A stretch of 64,000 nt of DNA, the filler included, from Perkinsus olseni (Eukaryota), in NCBI GenBank assembly GCA_013115125.1. It is 5 parts of 5 records of this genome, joined end to end, with 100 filler letters (N's around TTAATTAATTAA, not from the genome) between each part and the next. Parts side by side here need not be neighbours in the genome. Positions count along the whole stretch, not along the records: positions 1 to 13,232 come from JABANN010000767.1; positions 13,333 to 26,487 come from JABANN010000769.1; 3 more parts are not named here. One strand, 5' to 3'. The position numbers were made by a program, and so were the translations under genes. Shown here in pieces: positions 12,513 to 23,549 of the stretch. Within the stretch, counting starts at the first letter, position 1; every line of letters begins with the position of its first letter. The notes under the pieces were generated by a model. It made no database searches and was not told the origin of the DNA. It was given only the letters and a program-made list of their open reading frames with translations.

Positions 12513-12841
12513 CCGCATCGGTTGCGGTCTCGACCGCATCGCTCCCAGGCCGCGGCGGCCTGGCCGCCCTGATAGCGTCGTCACCAAGGGCGTAGCTAAG
12601 CCTGGCAAATGTCTTGACCCTCAGGACAATCATGGTAGTACCATGATGGTACTACCACGACCTTCGCCTTAGTGCACTGGTGGGAGATATGTCTGCCTAA
12701 GGATAGGTTAGCCCCTGGTGATTAGCGACTTCGAGCCCATTATCAATCGGGCCGTAATTTTATGATGCGAGTAATACGAATGCCCTATTCAAAATACATC
12801 GGATGTATTACATCCGGCTTCACGGCATAGAAGGTGCCAAA

Positions 12842-12876
12842 AATTGACAGTTCGATAGGCTATCGAACTGTCAATT
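12842..12876. repeat. Perfect palindrome, 17-bp arms, 1-nt spacer
   Basis: aattgacagttcgatag-g-ctatcgaactgtcaatt. Confidence 0.95.
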
Positions 12877-13232
12877 AAGGTGAATGAAGGTGTCAATGAA
12901 GGTGGCTATCGACGATAGCGTATTAGCGACTATTGGTGGCGCTATTTCTCAATCTGTTTATGGTCAGCGTGCTCGTCGCCCATTAGCGAATTCTAGGTTC
13001 TCAATCTCTCTAAGATATCTTAATCGTAGCAGATACAATCTCATGCGGTCGCCAAAACTGCCACATGCCGACCTGGCAGTAAGCCAGGAATCTACCGAAC
13101 GATTATGAGGCCGCCTCATGAACGTTTCGTCTACTTGTGAAGGAGAGGGCCTTATTCTCATTTCAGCGGATAAACGAGTAGTTTATCTAGGTTAAAACCG
13201 GCGCGGAGAGATGCTGTGTTATATTGTGTGCA

Positions 13233-13332
13233 NNNNNNNNNNNNNNNNNNNNNNNNNNNNNNNNNNNNNNNNNNNNTTAATTAATTAANNNNNNNNNNNN
13301 NNNNNNNNNNNNNNNNNNNNNNNNNNNNNNNN
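13233..13332. other. Artificial contig linker with six-frame stops
   Basis: 44 N + TTAATTAATTAA + 44 N. Confidence 0.98.
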
Positions 13333-13448
13333 CAGAGTCACTGGCATCGACTACCTATAGTATCAATCGACGACTCGATCACGACGTTGAAGATATCCGC
13401 CCACATCTTCTGGTAGCAGCTCCTTGTTAATATATTGGTACTGGTACG

Positions 13449-14198
13449 ATGGTTAATGGTTCTGGTTCTGGCGGAGGTGCCTCTGGCAGCCTCAATCGAG
13501 AAGAAGGTTTCGTTGACCCGGCCGCCGAGGGTAAGAAGGCGGCCCGAGAGTGTGCTGACAAGGGTGGCAACGACGAGTTATGTGCTTGGGCTCGCAACAT
13601 CGCTGAGGAGGCGGCCCGCCGTCATAATGAGACTATTAAGGCTACGTGGCAAGCCGTCGAGGCCCACAAGGACTCCGCCTCGTCTGAGACACCGGCCTCT
13701 TCTGCGCACGCGTACGCCGGCCCGTCGACGGTGATGCAAGTTGCGGCCCCGATGCCTGAGATGTATGATGGAACTGGGGATTTACGGTTGTGGTTCCGAC
13801 GTTATGAGAATTGTGGCCAGGCTGTGGGATGGCAAGAGGATGCGATGGCGGCTCACCTTGGTGAACATATTTCTGGTCAGTTCTTTGAGTGTTGGGAGGA
13901 GAATGCTAAGGACGACCCTCATAAGAAAGGGAAGGCGTTGTTACTCGACCTCTTCGACCGGTGCGTGGCTGATCAGTCCCTAGAGCGATTCAATGCGGCC
14001 AAGTGGGACCGCAAGTCTAAGATCGTCCTGTTCGTGACGAAGATGCTCACGGCCATAGACGAGTACGTCTTTATCGATCACGAAGAGGAATCGCCCTCTG
14101 GGGACGACCCCACGCCGCGAGATGTTCGGCTACTTGGTCATCAACGAACTGGTTCTTTGATGACGGTGCCATCAGCGGAGTCTGATCTCCAGCCATGA
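13449..14198 (+). mobile_element. Truncated LTR-retrotransposon gag-like ORF
   Basis: PEMYDGTGDLRLWFRRYENCGQAVGWQED matches the Ty3/gypsy capsid N-terminal pattern P..fdG..d...W...fe......W. Similarity appears to break near 14070. Confidence 0.65.
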
Positions 14199-14625
14199 GG
14201 TTTGGCCCGCATTATCTAGATGGTTGTCTGAAGGTTCACACTACATCCTGTTACTGGTTACTATCAAGTGTGTCCTGTCGAGAGTGGATGGGTTCTTCGT
14301 TGTCTGACGCTAGGCTGTTGACGTTTGGCAGCTCGCTGATTCAGGAGCTCCTCGTGCTGAGGACGCGCTCCACCGAAATCGGTTGCCCGTTTAGAATGTT
14401 GACCATACGAGGTGGCTGACATCCTGCAGCCGTACGTTCGGGTTAGCCATTGATCCCGGCTTGCTCGGTTGGCGAGTGTGCTCCAGCCAGATAGACAGAG
14501 TGATTGCGTCTAGCTCGTCGAGGTAGACTGATCATCCGACATTTCTCGTCTGCATAGTTCCAGGGATGTGACATGATATCCTCTTCCCAGTCTGTGGACG
14601 TCTCCGGGACGTCCTTGCTGAGGGC

Positions 14626-15423
14626 TCAGCTCCCCCTTGTGAGGTCACATCCTGGACCGATGACAATGTCATGCTGATTCAGCAGTAGCAGCAGAGGTCG
14701 GTTTATCAGGCAAAAGTAGTGGTATGGAATCAAAATTAATACAGTCTCTACTTCAAGACGATTAACTTTGAGAAGTTTGGGATCAACATTATCAGCACAG
14801 CTTGTAATAGTACCAGTATCATCATTATCATCATCCACAGGGCCCATCGCATCTCTATCACAAACCAGATTATCGTCTGGTGGGAGGAGTAGATCTTCGT
14901 CAATTCTATAAGTAGACTGACAGCATTTAAGTTCATCAGCCGTACACAAAAACTTTGAAATACTGAGCAGGCCATCAGTCGTCAACACTTCCAACCCAGT
15001 ATCTCCCCATTGCAAAATATCACGTCCAAAGAGCCCGTCGCAGCCTGGCAGACCCGTGTCAATAACATACGGCTGCCAATACAACATAAACTCCGTAGAT
15101 TTAGCGTCCAATAAAATCAAACACATTGTCACTTGACGTGTGGCAACAAGTTCGTCACTCGCTGTACTGAAGGTCTTTTTCATCACATCGGTCGATAAAA
15201 CCAAACCAGCAGCAATCAAAGCGGTCTCTACCTTCGATGTAATAATACTACTCGAGCATCCAGTATCGACTTCAACGAAGAAATCAGACAACTGAGGTTC
15301 AAGCGGAGCGAAGATGACTTCATGCAACTGTCGGAAAGAAGGAAAGGAAAGGGCCCCCGGGAGGAGAACCTCCAAAGGGATGGGGCAGGGAGGTTGGAAT
15401 GGTGGGATCGACGAGCAAGGCAA
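14626..15423 (-). mobile_element. Retropepsin-like aspartic protease of an LTR retrotransposon (truncated pol)
   Basis: VEVDTGCSSSIIT catalytic motif and DGLFGRDIL motif; no RT follows. Confidence 0.8.
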
Positions 15424-16391
15424 GGAGGCAGAAGTCTCCTTTTCGTCTTACCGTTGGCGTTGTTGTTATTGTTGTTAACCGTAGTAGATGCCTGAGACAC
15501 ACCCACTCGATCGGTGCTGGAGGATTCCAACACCCAAGGGTTCAACTCGCTGAACCTAGTAAGCTCACTTGCTAGAGTAGATGCCCGCGTCACAGTCGAA
15601 AATTGTACATTGGCAGTTTTTCGTAATCTGCCGAGTAGGCCAAGTCGGAATGCACTGCAGACTTGTTCTGGTGAAAGTTGGAGGCCGCAATTTTGGCCCT
15701 GAGAGACCAGCTCAGTGACTCTATCAAGGTAAGCATACACGCTTTCAGCACTACGTTGACGCACATTTATAATACGAGCTTCATATCGACTGGGATCATC
15801 GGAGCGCCGGTACTTCGTCGTTAAGTAGTCCTCAGCAACAGCCAACATCTGGTCGTAGTCGTGCATCCATACCTCATCGCCGCAGTTACATTCTACCTGT
15901 TTGAGCATAGCTGATCTCACCAAAGGTTTGCAAGCATTAGTAAGGAATAACCACTCAGCACGGCACGAGAGTTGAAAGAGCTTACTGGTGCCTTGAATCT
16001 CCTTAACAAACCAGCTAATACTCCTCTTATCTTGGAAGCCATTATAAGCCTCCCCATCAGGTAAAGGTAACTTCGATACCGTATCCACAATTCTTGCAGT
16101 AACAACATCTGGTTCATCAGAAGTCAACGAGCCGTGAGTACGAGAAGCTGTTGAGGACTCACATAATTGTGGTCGAGGGTTCTTAATATCCTCCATATAG
16201 TCACGCCAAGCCAATATATCAGCAAAGGTCTTCTTCTTCTCACTAAGCATCTCTTCACACTTCTTGGAGAATTCTTCGTCAGTAACATGTCGTAGAAGGT
16301 AAACGTTCTCTACACCAAAAGCTTGAGCAATCTGCAAGCCAACGGGGTTCACCGAGGGCTCGGAAGACGGGTTCTCCACCATGTTAACCAT
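15228..16391 (-). mobile_element. LTR-retrotransposon gag
   Basis: 387-aa ORF containing RIINVRQRSAESVYAYLDRVTEL (retrotransposon gag Q...EsV..Y..R motif) and AFRLGL, directly upstream of the protease frame. Confidence 0.8.
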
Positions 16392-16514
16392 CGGGAAACT
16401 CGAGTCAATGGTTTAGTGGAATCCTGAGATTCTGCCAATAATAACACTGATAAAATCATCAACTAGCGTCAGGCTAGGCTTAGGAGCCATAGTTGTGCAC
16501 TTGCACAACTACAG

Positions 16515-17364
16515 TTACCGAAACTCCAACACTCCGTTATTGAACAGATCCGTGGTGATCCTGCGAAAGGGATCTATCTTAACCGGGTCCCTGAAATCAG
16601 TGCTGGCTTCATGTGGCTTCAGTATTGCGGCATCAGGCGAACCCAGATAGTAAAAGAAGATCTCATCGTCCTTGCTATACGCGAAGTTCACCAGCGTCCT
16701 GACAAGATCCTGCGACTTGGAGAGGTACCTATTCTCGAAGGTCATGGACTGCAAGTTTTGGCTTGCGTCTCGCTTGAAAGCCTCAGCGTCTCCTGAATGA
16801 TACGCATAGGTCTTGGAGTCGGTGAGAACGTACTTTGTGTTAGAAGGATCGACAACGACGCTAACAGTATCAGTATCATTATTAAGGGTCGCCGAATAGA
16901 TCGTGTCGCGAAAAGAAACTCCCGACGCGGGAATGAACACCGAGCCGCACGAAGCACTGACGCCTTCCGGTAGCTCACAGCCTCTCGTGAGTTTGACAGG
17001 ATTTCAGATAGACGGAATCGGAGTCCTCAGACGAAACCTCAAGGTCGAACTGAAGCAAGAAGTAGGGGAATAAGCTAAGGCCTTCTTCTTCACCAGAACG
17101 CTTCAGAACAACCTTTTTTCCCTCGGTCGTTACGTCGTCGTATATAAAGACAAACTTGTGGCCGCCGAAGCCTGCATATTTGAGCATAGCGTGGGAGCCC
17201 TCGTACTCAAATAGCAGGCGGTCGTGCCTTGACCCGAATAGAGGCCTCGTGAGACAGTACTTCCCCGGCTCCAGCGCCACGGTAGCAGGAACCATGTGCA
17301 GCAGCAGTAATAGCATTTGCAGTAGAAGTAGGGCCTGTTGTGGTAGGACGAGGCGAGATGACAT
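16515..17364 (-). pseudogene. Secreted lineage-specific protein split by one frameshift
   Basis: Signal peptide then ALEPGKYC (ORF 16975-17364). The +1 frame reads PVKLTRGCELPEGVSASCGSVFIP and continues into ORF 16515-16940. Confidence 0.6.
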
Positions 17365-18253
17365 TGGGTTACGAAATGCTCACGCTGCGTGAGACACACA
17401 ATAGTCAACTCAAGATTTGAGGTGATAAAAAGAATTCTCTTACACTCAGTTGTTCATAGTCTCCGCCTGAGCCGCAGCGGTGCCGTGCGTGACGTCACAG
17501 CTGCTGATTGTTGGGACTCCAGCCATACTGAACGCACCGGATAACTATGGAGAGGATTGCTCAGAAGTTGACGTTCGTGCAGGGCCCAGAATAGCGTAGC
17601 CTGATCATGTCAAGGGCGAAGCGGAGGAGCAGAATCCTCATCACTGCGGTATCACACACGCGTGTGCTTTCCCCTTTCCTCATGATTCGGGAGTGACCAC
17701 ACAGCTGCTGCACACAGCGAGCGCTTACTCTCTTGTATACTCGAAGTGGTGATTGGGCCGTCGACTGATACTATAGGTAGTCGATTATAATAACTGTGGC
17801 AACGCAATCCCAAAGGGCAGATATCAGATATGACTTGAGCTGAGACCGACAAGGTTAGCAATAATAATCATCAGAAGAATCCTCAAGGGCCTCCTATCGT
17901 CACCGATCCTTCGACGCATATACACACAAGCTACGCTCAAGACTCCGGCGCCCGCCAAAAACTGTCTACTTAGGGGGCTCCGCACGATCAACAATCAGAG
18001 GTAGCTGATAATGCCATGGCCATGGCCACGGCCATGAAAACCCATGGTACGGGGGTGTGGGAAGGGAGATAGCACTCAATCCCCGAATACTGGTTGTCTT
18101 AGGAATGGTCGAGGCATTGCTGCTGTCCATGTCTTACGAGTGTCACACCTTGGTGGCAATTCTACGCGGGAGGATTGGCGTGAGCGAAATCACTACGCAG
18201 AGCATTTCAGCGCTCACAAGGAAATTTGTGAGCCCCAGAACATACAAGAGAGA

Positions 18254-18606
18254 GCCTCTTTCACTAACCCTTACTTGAGTTAGAACGGTTAAACACTTGA
18301 GAAACTAAGGTAAGATTGTTCCACTAAGGGAATGAGAAGCGGTAAGTTTACTCAAGTCCCGCAGGCTCACCCTTAAGACTCTGTAAAACCTAACGTGAGT
18401 TTTTCAAGCACGGTGAGTAAGGAAGTAAGTAACTTCCTCAGATCTTAAGCATTCTGAACTTAAGGGTGAGTCCGAAGGACTTTAGTTACTAAGCTTTCCA
18501 AAGCTGAGCAAAATTCCCGCTTCTCATCCCCTTACTGGAACGATCTCACCTCAGTTCTTCAAGTTCTTTACTGTTCTAACTCAAGTAAGGGGTTAGTAAA
18601 AGAAGC
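18254..18606. mobile_element. Fold-back / MITE-like element with about 100-bp imperfect terminal inverted repeats
   Basis: The left arm (ctaacccttacttgagttagaac...tgagaagcgg) is the reverse complement of the right arm. An inner pair, ctcacccttaag / cttaagggtgag, is also inverted. No ORF. Confidence 0.75.
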
Positions 18607-19862
18607 CCCGGCTATGGAGTCTGGCAGCTCCCGTGTCCTACTGAACCGCGGTGGCTTCCGATTACTGGTTGGCAGCAGATACAGGCTAGTAGCCTGAGGC
18701 TACTTCCTGGTTGCTGGTTCTTACACTGATGGGGGTCGAACGGGTCAGGACAGTGTCCGAATCTGTGATGAGCGGGTTGATACCTTGTGCGAGTTGACCT
18801 GGTCAACTTGACCACTGTCCTAATTGCCACTGGCAGCGGCAGTGCCTCAGTTCGGATAAACCCGTCCCTCCTCCCGCCCCGGGGACTCCGGCCATGAGTG
18901 ACGGGGGAGGCGGAGGAACGAAAGCAGAGTACCTCCTGCCGTACTGTGGGAAGTTGCATCAAAAAGGGGTTGAAGCGGTTACTATGCAACTTTGTAGGCG
19001 ATGCTTCAACCACGACAAAACGTTGTACCCTCGTTGCTCAGCTATAGAAGGCATGTGCACTATCTAAGTGCACAATCTATAAGTAGATTGGGCTCAAAGT
19101 GAGCGAGAAAGAGCAGATAGGAGAGCGGAATAGTTGAGAGAATGGCGGTTGGTGATGCGAAGCTAGCATGAGCACAGCTCCATTGTGTTATGTAGACAGT
19201 GCACATGCCAGTCGGTGCCCCAATTCGATTGCTTAACGATAAAACTTTCACCTGCGATCTGTAGGTTGCCGAGGGCTCACTTCATGTAGGCTGACGCTGT
19301 GAGTTTTTCCGTACTTGTTAGTGATTTTGTTGGGCTCTACTAAATCGGTCTTTCATAAAATTAAATTGCTTTGGGGTTTTACAAATTTGGTCTGGGCTTT
19401 ATTGAATTGCTCTGGAGTTTTTTGCTAAGTAGGTCTGGAAATGGTGTAGTCGTGCGTGTTCTCACTATCGCTGCGATTCTCTCCGGTCACGAAACGGAGT
19501 CAATTTACACATCACTAGAGCGAGCAATCGACTCGATTGAAGCTTTCCTTGCCTATCGTGCTGTACATGGTACATTCGCCACGTCTCTCAGTACAAGGGG
19601 CAATCGATCCATCGCAGTTAAGAATCCAGGCCAGAAGGGGCAGGCAGACCCTCCTACCACACGTTTGGAGTGATGCTGCTGGGAACCGCGCTTTTTATGC
19701 TACGCCCAATATGTTACTCCGAACATCCACTTTCGAGCCTTCGATGGCGTATACGCCGCCAATCGCCTCGAAGATGATGATCAAGACGCCTGAGCTATGA
19801 GAAAGCTTCGACTTCCAACCCAACACGTAATGCCAAAGCTGATAGAAGTAATTTCCGCTCAT

Positions 19863-20093
19863 TCAGGATTCAAAATCTTCTTCACGGAAATGCAATAAAT
19901 AAAACAATCGTAATTTCCTAGAAAGATATCTTCCCACCATGATCACCACCAATGTTACAACAACTACACCCAAGAGACGGGTGAAATACGAACGACGATG
20001 ACCGGCAGCAGCGGCTCTGCGTGATGGGCTGAGCTCTCCGACATCAGACAGACTCGACAATCTCCTCCTAACCGTCTCAGCGTTGCGCTCCAT
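19863..20093 (-). CDS. Possible first exon or remnant of a type II membrane protein
   Basis: MERNAETVRRR...LLGVVVVTLVVIMVG: a basic tail followed by a single hydrophobic segment. Confidence 0.3.
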   Translation of the reverse strand: MERNAETVRRRLSSLSDVGELSPSRRAAAAGHRRSYFTRLLGVVVVTLVVIMVGRYLSRKLRLFYLLHFREEDFES

Positions 20094-20349
20094 CACTTCG
20101 TCGGAGCTCACCAGCGGTGGTCGCGAGTCGGCGACCTGTATGAAAGGTAAACCGTGAATGAAAGGTCTTGTGGATCCTCACTTCTTTCCTGCCATTATCT
20201 TTCCGTTTTCTAATACCCCGCCCGGACGTCATTAAGAAGACTATCTGTATGATGATAGTCGGCATCACATCAGTAGTTGAATATCTCTCCGACTTAACAC
20301 AATCGATCAATCCACATCACATCATAATAAATACACACGAACATCAGCA

Positions 20350-21639
20350 TCATCTTACACGCTCTAATTTCACCATCTCCCCACCAATGGCGACCTCCAC
20401 TCCCGACCCGGAAGACGGACAGATCTCCACCAAAGCCGGGCTAGGGACAATCCCTGCGGCCTCCGCAAAAGCCCAGTGGAAAGCCCTCGAGTCCTCGATG
20501 GTGTACTCGTCAACTCGGAAACATTCGACGCCGCCCACAGTCGTTCCCTCAGTTTCATCCAGCCCGTGTATCTCATGGCAGCTAACCGCCTGAAGGAGAA
20601 AGCCGCGGAATCTTCGCATACATCAAGGCTGATGCGGAGCTCGGACTTCCACTGTCCCAAATACGAGCCCTCAACTGGGAGGAGCATCTGCCTGACTTCT
20701 TGACGTCTCTTCTTTACTGACGGAGCATCCCTTCCCTCCGTTTTTCTTTGAGCATAAGAGTGCTCGTCTTGACGTCTCTTCTTCACTGACGGAGCTTCTT
20801 TTCTTTCCATTTTTCTCTTAGCATGAGAGTGCTCGTCTTGACGTCTCTTCTTCACTGGCGGAGAATCTTTTCTTCCGGTTTTGCTTTGAGCATCAGAGTG
20901 CTCGTCTTGACGTCNNNNNNNNNNNNNNNNNNNNNNNNNNNNNNNNNNNNNNNNNNNNNNNNNNNNNNNNNNNNNNNNNNNNNNNNNNNNNNNNNNNNNN
21001 NNNNNNNNNNNNNCTCTTCTTCACTGACGGAACATCCCTTCCCTCCGTTTTTCTTTGAGCATAAGAGTGCTCGTCTTGACGTCTCTTCTTCACTGACGGA
21101 ACATCCCTTCCCTCCGTTTTTCTTTGAGCATAAGAGTGCTCGTCTTGACGTCTCTTTACTGATGGAGCATCCTTTCCCTCCGATTCTCGCAGAACATTTT
21201 TCTGTTTATCGATGTGTGCTAAATCTCCGCTCTGCGCATCACCAGAATGATACAGTCTGACATTTTCGCTCTCGTACTCAAGATACAAGATACCCTCTCT
21301 TCGGCACAACTGCAACGAGTAGCTGTTTATGTGCGTTCCAAACAGTTTGTTGAACTTTCTACAGAACTGTCCGAAGCCTATGTTGGTTCCGAGCGGGGGA
21401 GAGAGAGTGTGGCAAGCATCCCGGGAGGGATAAGCTTCCAAAATCGGCGAAGTGATAATCACGCCGCCCTTCGTGACCATTTTCAACTGTAGTGTTTCAT
21501 TCTGGTGCACCTCCATGCTTATGCTATGCCCACCACGCAGATCGTCCTCAGTGACATACACTCCCGGGGACAGGGAGAAATTTTCAAGGGAGGAGGCCCT
21601 GGCGAGAGCAAACAGTGTGATTGGTACTATGCACTCCAT
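20350..21639 (-). CDS. Secreted lineage-specific protein with an internal 23-aa KKRR repeat (gap inside; frameshift near 20590)
   Basis: MECIVPITLFALARASS signal-like start, SPGVY domain start, repeats of SVKKRRQDEHSYAQRKTEGRD(A/V)P, then a second domain starting VEGSYLG and ending GGEMVKLERVR* in the -1 frame. Confidence 0.65.
20690..21185. repeat. 69-bp coding tandem repeat, at least 6 units visible, spanning a 99-N gap
   Basis: Repeated ttgagcataagagtgctcgtcttgacgtctcttcttcactgacgga. Confidence 0.9.
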
Positions 21640-23549
21640 TAAGGGTGTTCAATAAACAATTCTGAAACTTACAATCGATTCTGGAGCCGAATTTTACGTG
21701 AAAAAATCAAGACCAGTCTGGTCTGACCAGAATCTATTCTGAGTTTCACAATCATCCAATTGAACGAAGAGATTGCTGGTTCGCGCGGAATATTTCACAA
21801 ACTTCCGTTTTGTGCGACTTGAACAGTCTAGTTCGTCTGGCTACCGGTTGAACGCCTAGGGTCGTGTAACTCGGATAAACCCATAACCAGGAAGATCTTG
21901 GAGGGTTTAATCCAAGCTTCACTCTGTCAGATTGAGATTAAAAATTGTGTGGCCACCGAGATAAATAATCGCAATCACAGATGAAAAGTTCGATGATACA
22001 TCACTAGTACTAGAGTCTAGTGCCTGGAAAACGTCAAACCGTATTTTGCAAATACTATTTTCACGGCTCGCGTCCCGCCAGACTGCAGACGGTCTGAGGA
22101 GGGTTCTTCTCAGAAGTGTATCGCTTCCCACACTGTGGACGAGGCTACGTCCCCATCACGCACTCGACTCACGAGGAGGCCCTCGGTTCTACAGATCATC
22201 TACCGAGTAAACTCCGATGATGACCAATAGGAATCTTAGGTCGACCATGAGAAGAATCAAAACATATGATTTCTTCATTATAACGCCAACACGTCATATC
22301 CGAGGAGCAACCACACCAAAAAAGCCCGCAAAAGCGGTACTTTACCCCAGGCCATGCGTTCTCGGGAATTCCGGTATCGCCGCGTATCTGGTCATAGGAG
22401 GTTGAAGCTGGCTCATCACGGAGTCGAAAGATTCCTTACAGGTGGCGAGGAAATCGCGTCATCCTTTCGACGTGCGACTCCGTCTCCGCTTTGAGTTTCG
22501 CTTTCGTCCGAGCGCCCAATTTCCGACTCAGGACGGCCGAGATCTTGCTATGTGAAGAACCATCTGCGTTGAGGAAACGCAAGTGCACCCAAGAATGCAA
22601 GACCTTCTCCTACACGGCGAAGCAGCCCTCAAGTAAGCCTTCCGCGTTTCACTCGAGATCCTCCCTCCCGGTCGTTGCCGTGAAGATTCTAATGGGAATC
22701 GGAGCAAAGCGACGGAAATTGCGCAGCCTCACTCGTGCGGCGTATCTTAGGTTGATCAACGAACGCCATGAATTTAGCGTGTTCTTCTCGCTGGAACTCA
22801 ATCATCGTTTTCAAACCCGCCGACCGCTCCAGCAGGCTCCTCAACCTCTCTCGCTCTGACCAGAAAATGAAATTTTACGCCGCTCGAATTCCTTGCAATT
22901 CCGCGCAAAGACTTTCAGACATCAGAAAAGCTCCGGCGATTTTCCTACGACTGCCGAGAGGTTCCTATGAACTCCACCACGACATTGTCGATTTCCAATT
23001 GATTGTGAGGTGGAAACAGATAACAATCTGTAATCGTCCTGAACACCTTTGTCACAGCACTTTGCATAGAGCTTCACCGCAGAGTAGTCGTCTCAGATTT
23101 CAAGTTTTATGCTGTGTCGTCCTTAACAGCGTGACGCTAGAGCGCACTATCCCGATGATATTGTTACCGGCCCGTCAAAGGGAAATCGTCTGTAGAGCAT
23201 CAGGAAAAGCAACAAGTTTGCATTATAGTGATGCTCGGCTTCACACTTATTGACATCTATCGTTCTCGAGTGCTCTCCGGGCTATTTTCTGGACGCTCGT
23301 GTAAAGCCTACGATTTCTACTCGAGACGAGTTTTCTGGGTCTGTAGACTGTGCAGTTGTGTACCAGCGCTGTTCTCTAAGCGTGAACGTTCTCCAGCCAT
23401 ATTTCAACGGTCGTAAACCATTATTGACTATACTTCAGTTTCTCATCAACCCACGGCTGTTTTGCTACCCTAAGCCTAAGAGTATACGACGAGTATCGCT
23501 CTCTCGGCCCGAGAGTCTCGGGCATCTTCCTCTGACTTTATTTTTGCTC

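Noticed and set aside
13277..13288. TTAATTAATTAA repeated at near-regular 13.25-kb spacing
   Set aside because: Assembly linker; the periodicity comes from size-sorted contigs.
16975..16990. In-frame AGG-C just before the stop, resembling the Perkinsus mitochondrial AGGY +1 frameshift
   Set aside because: This is a nuclear secreted gene, other genes here read AGG normally, and a single indel explains the break.
20690..21185. Repeat array as CRISPR
   Set aside because: Contiguous 69-bp coding units with no unique spacers; eukaryotic context and no cas genes.
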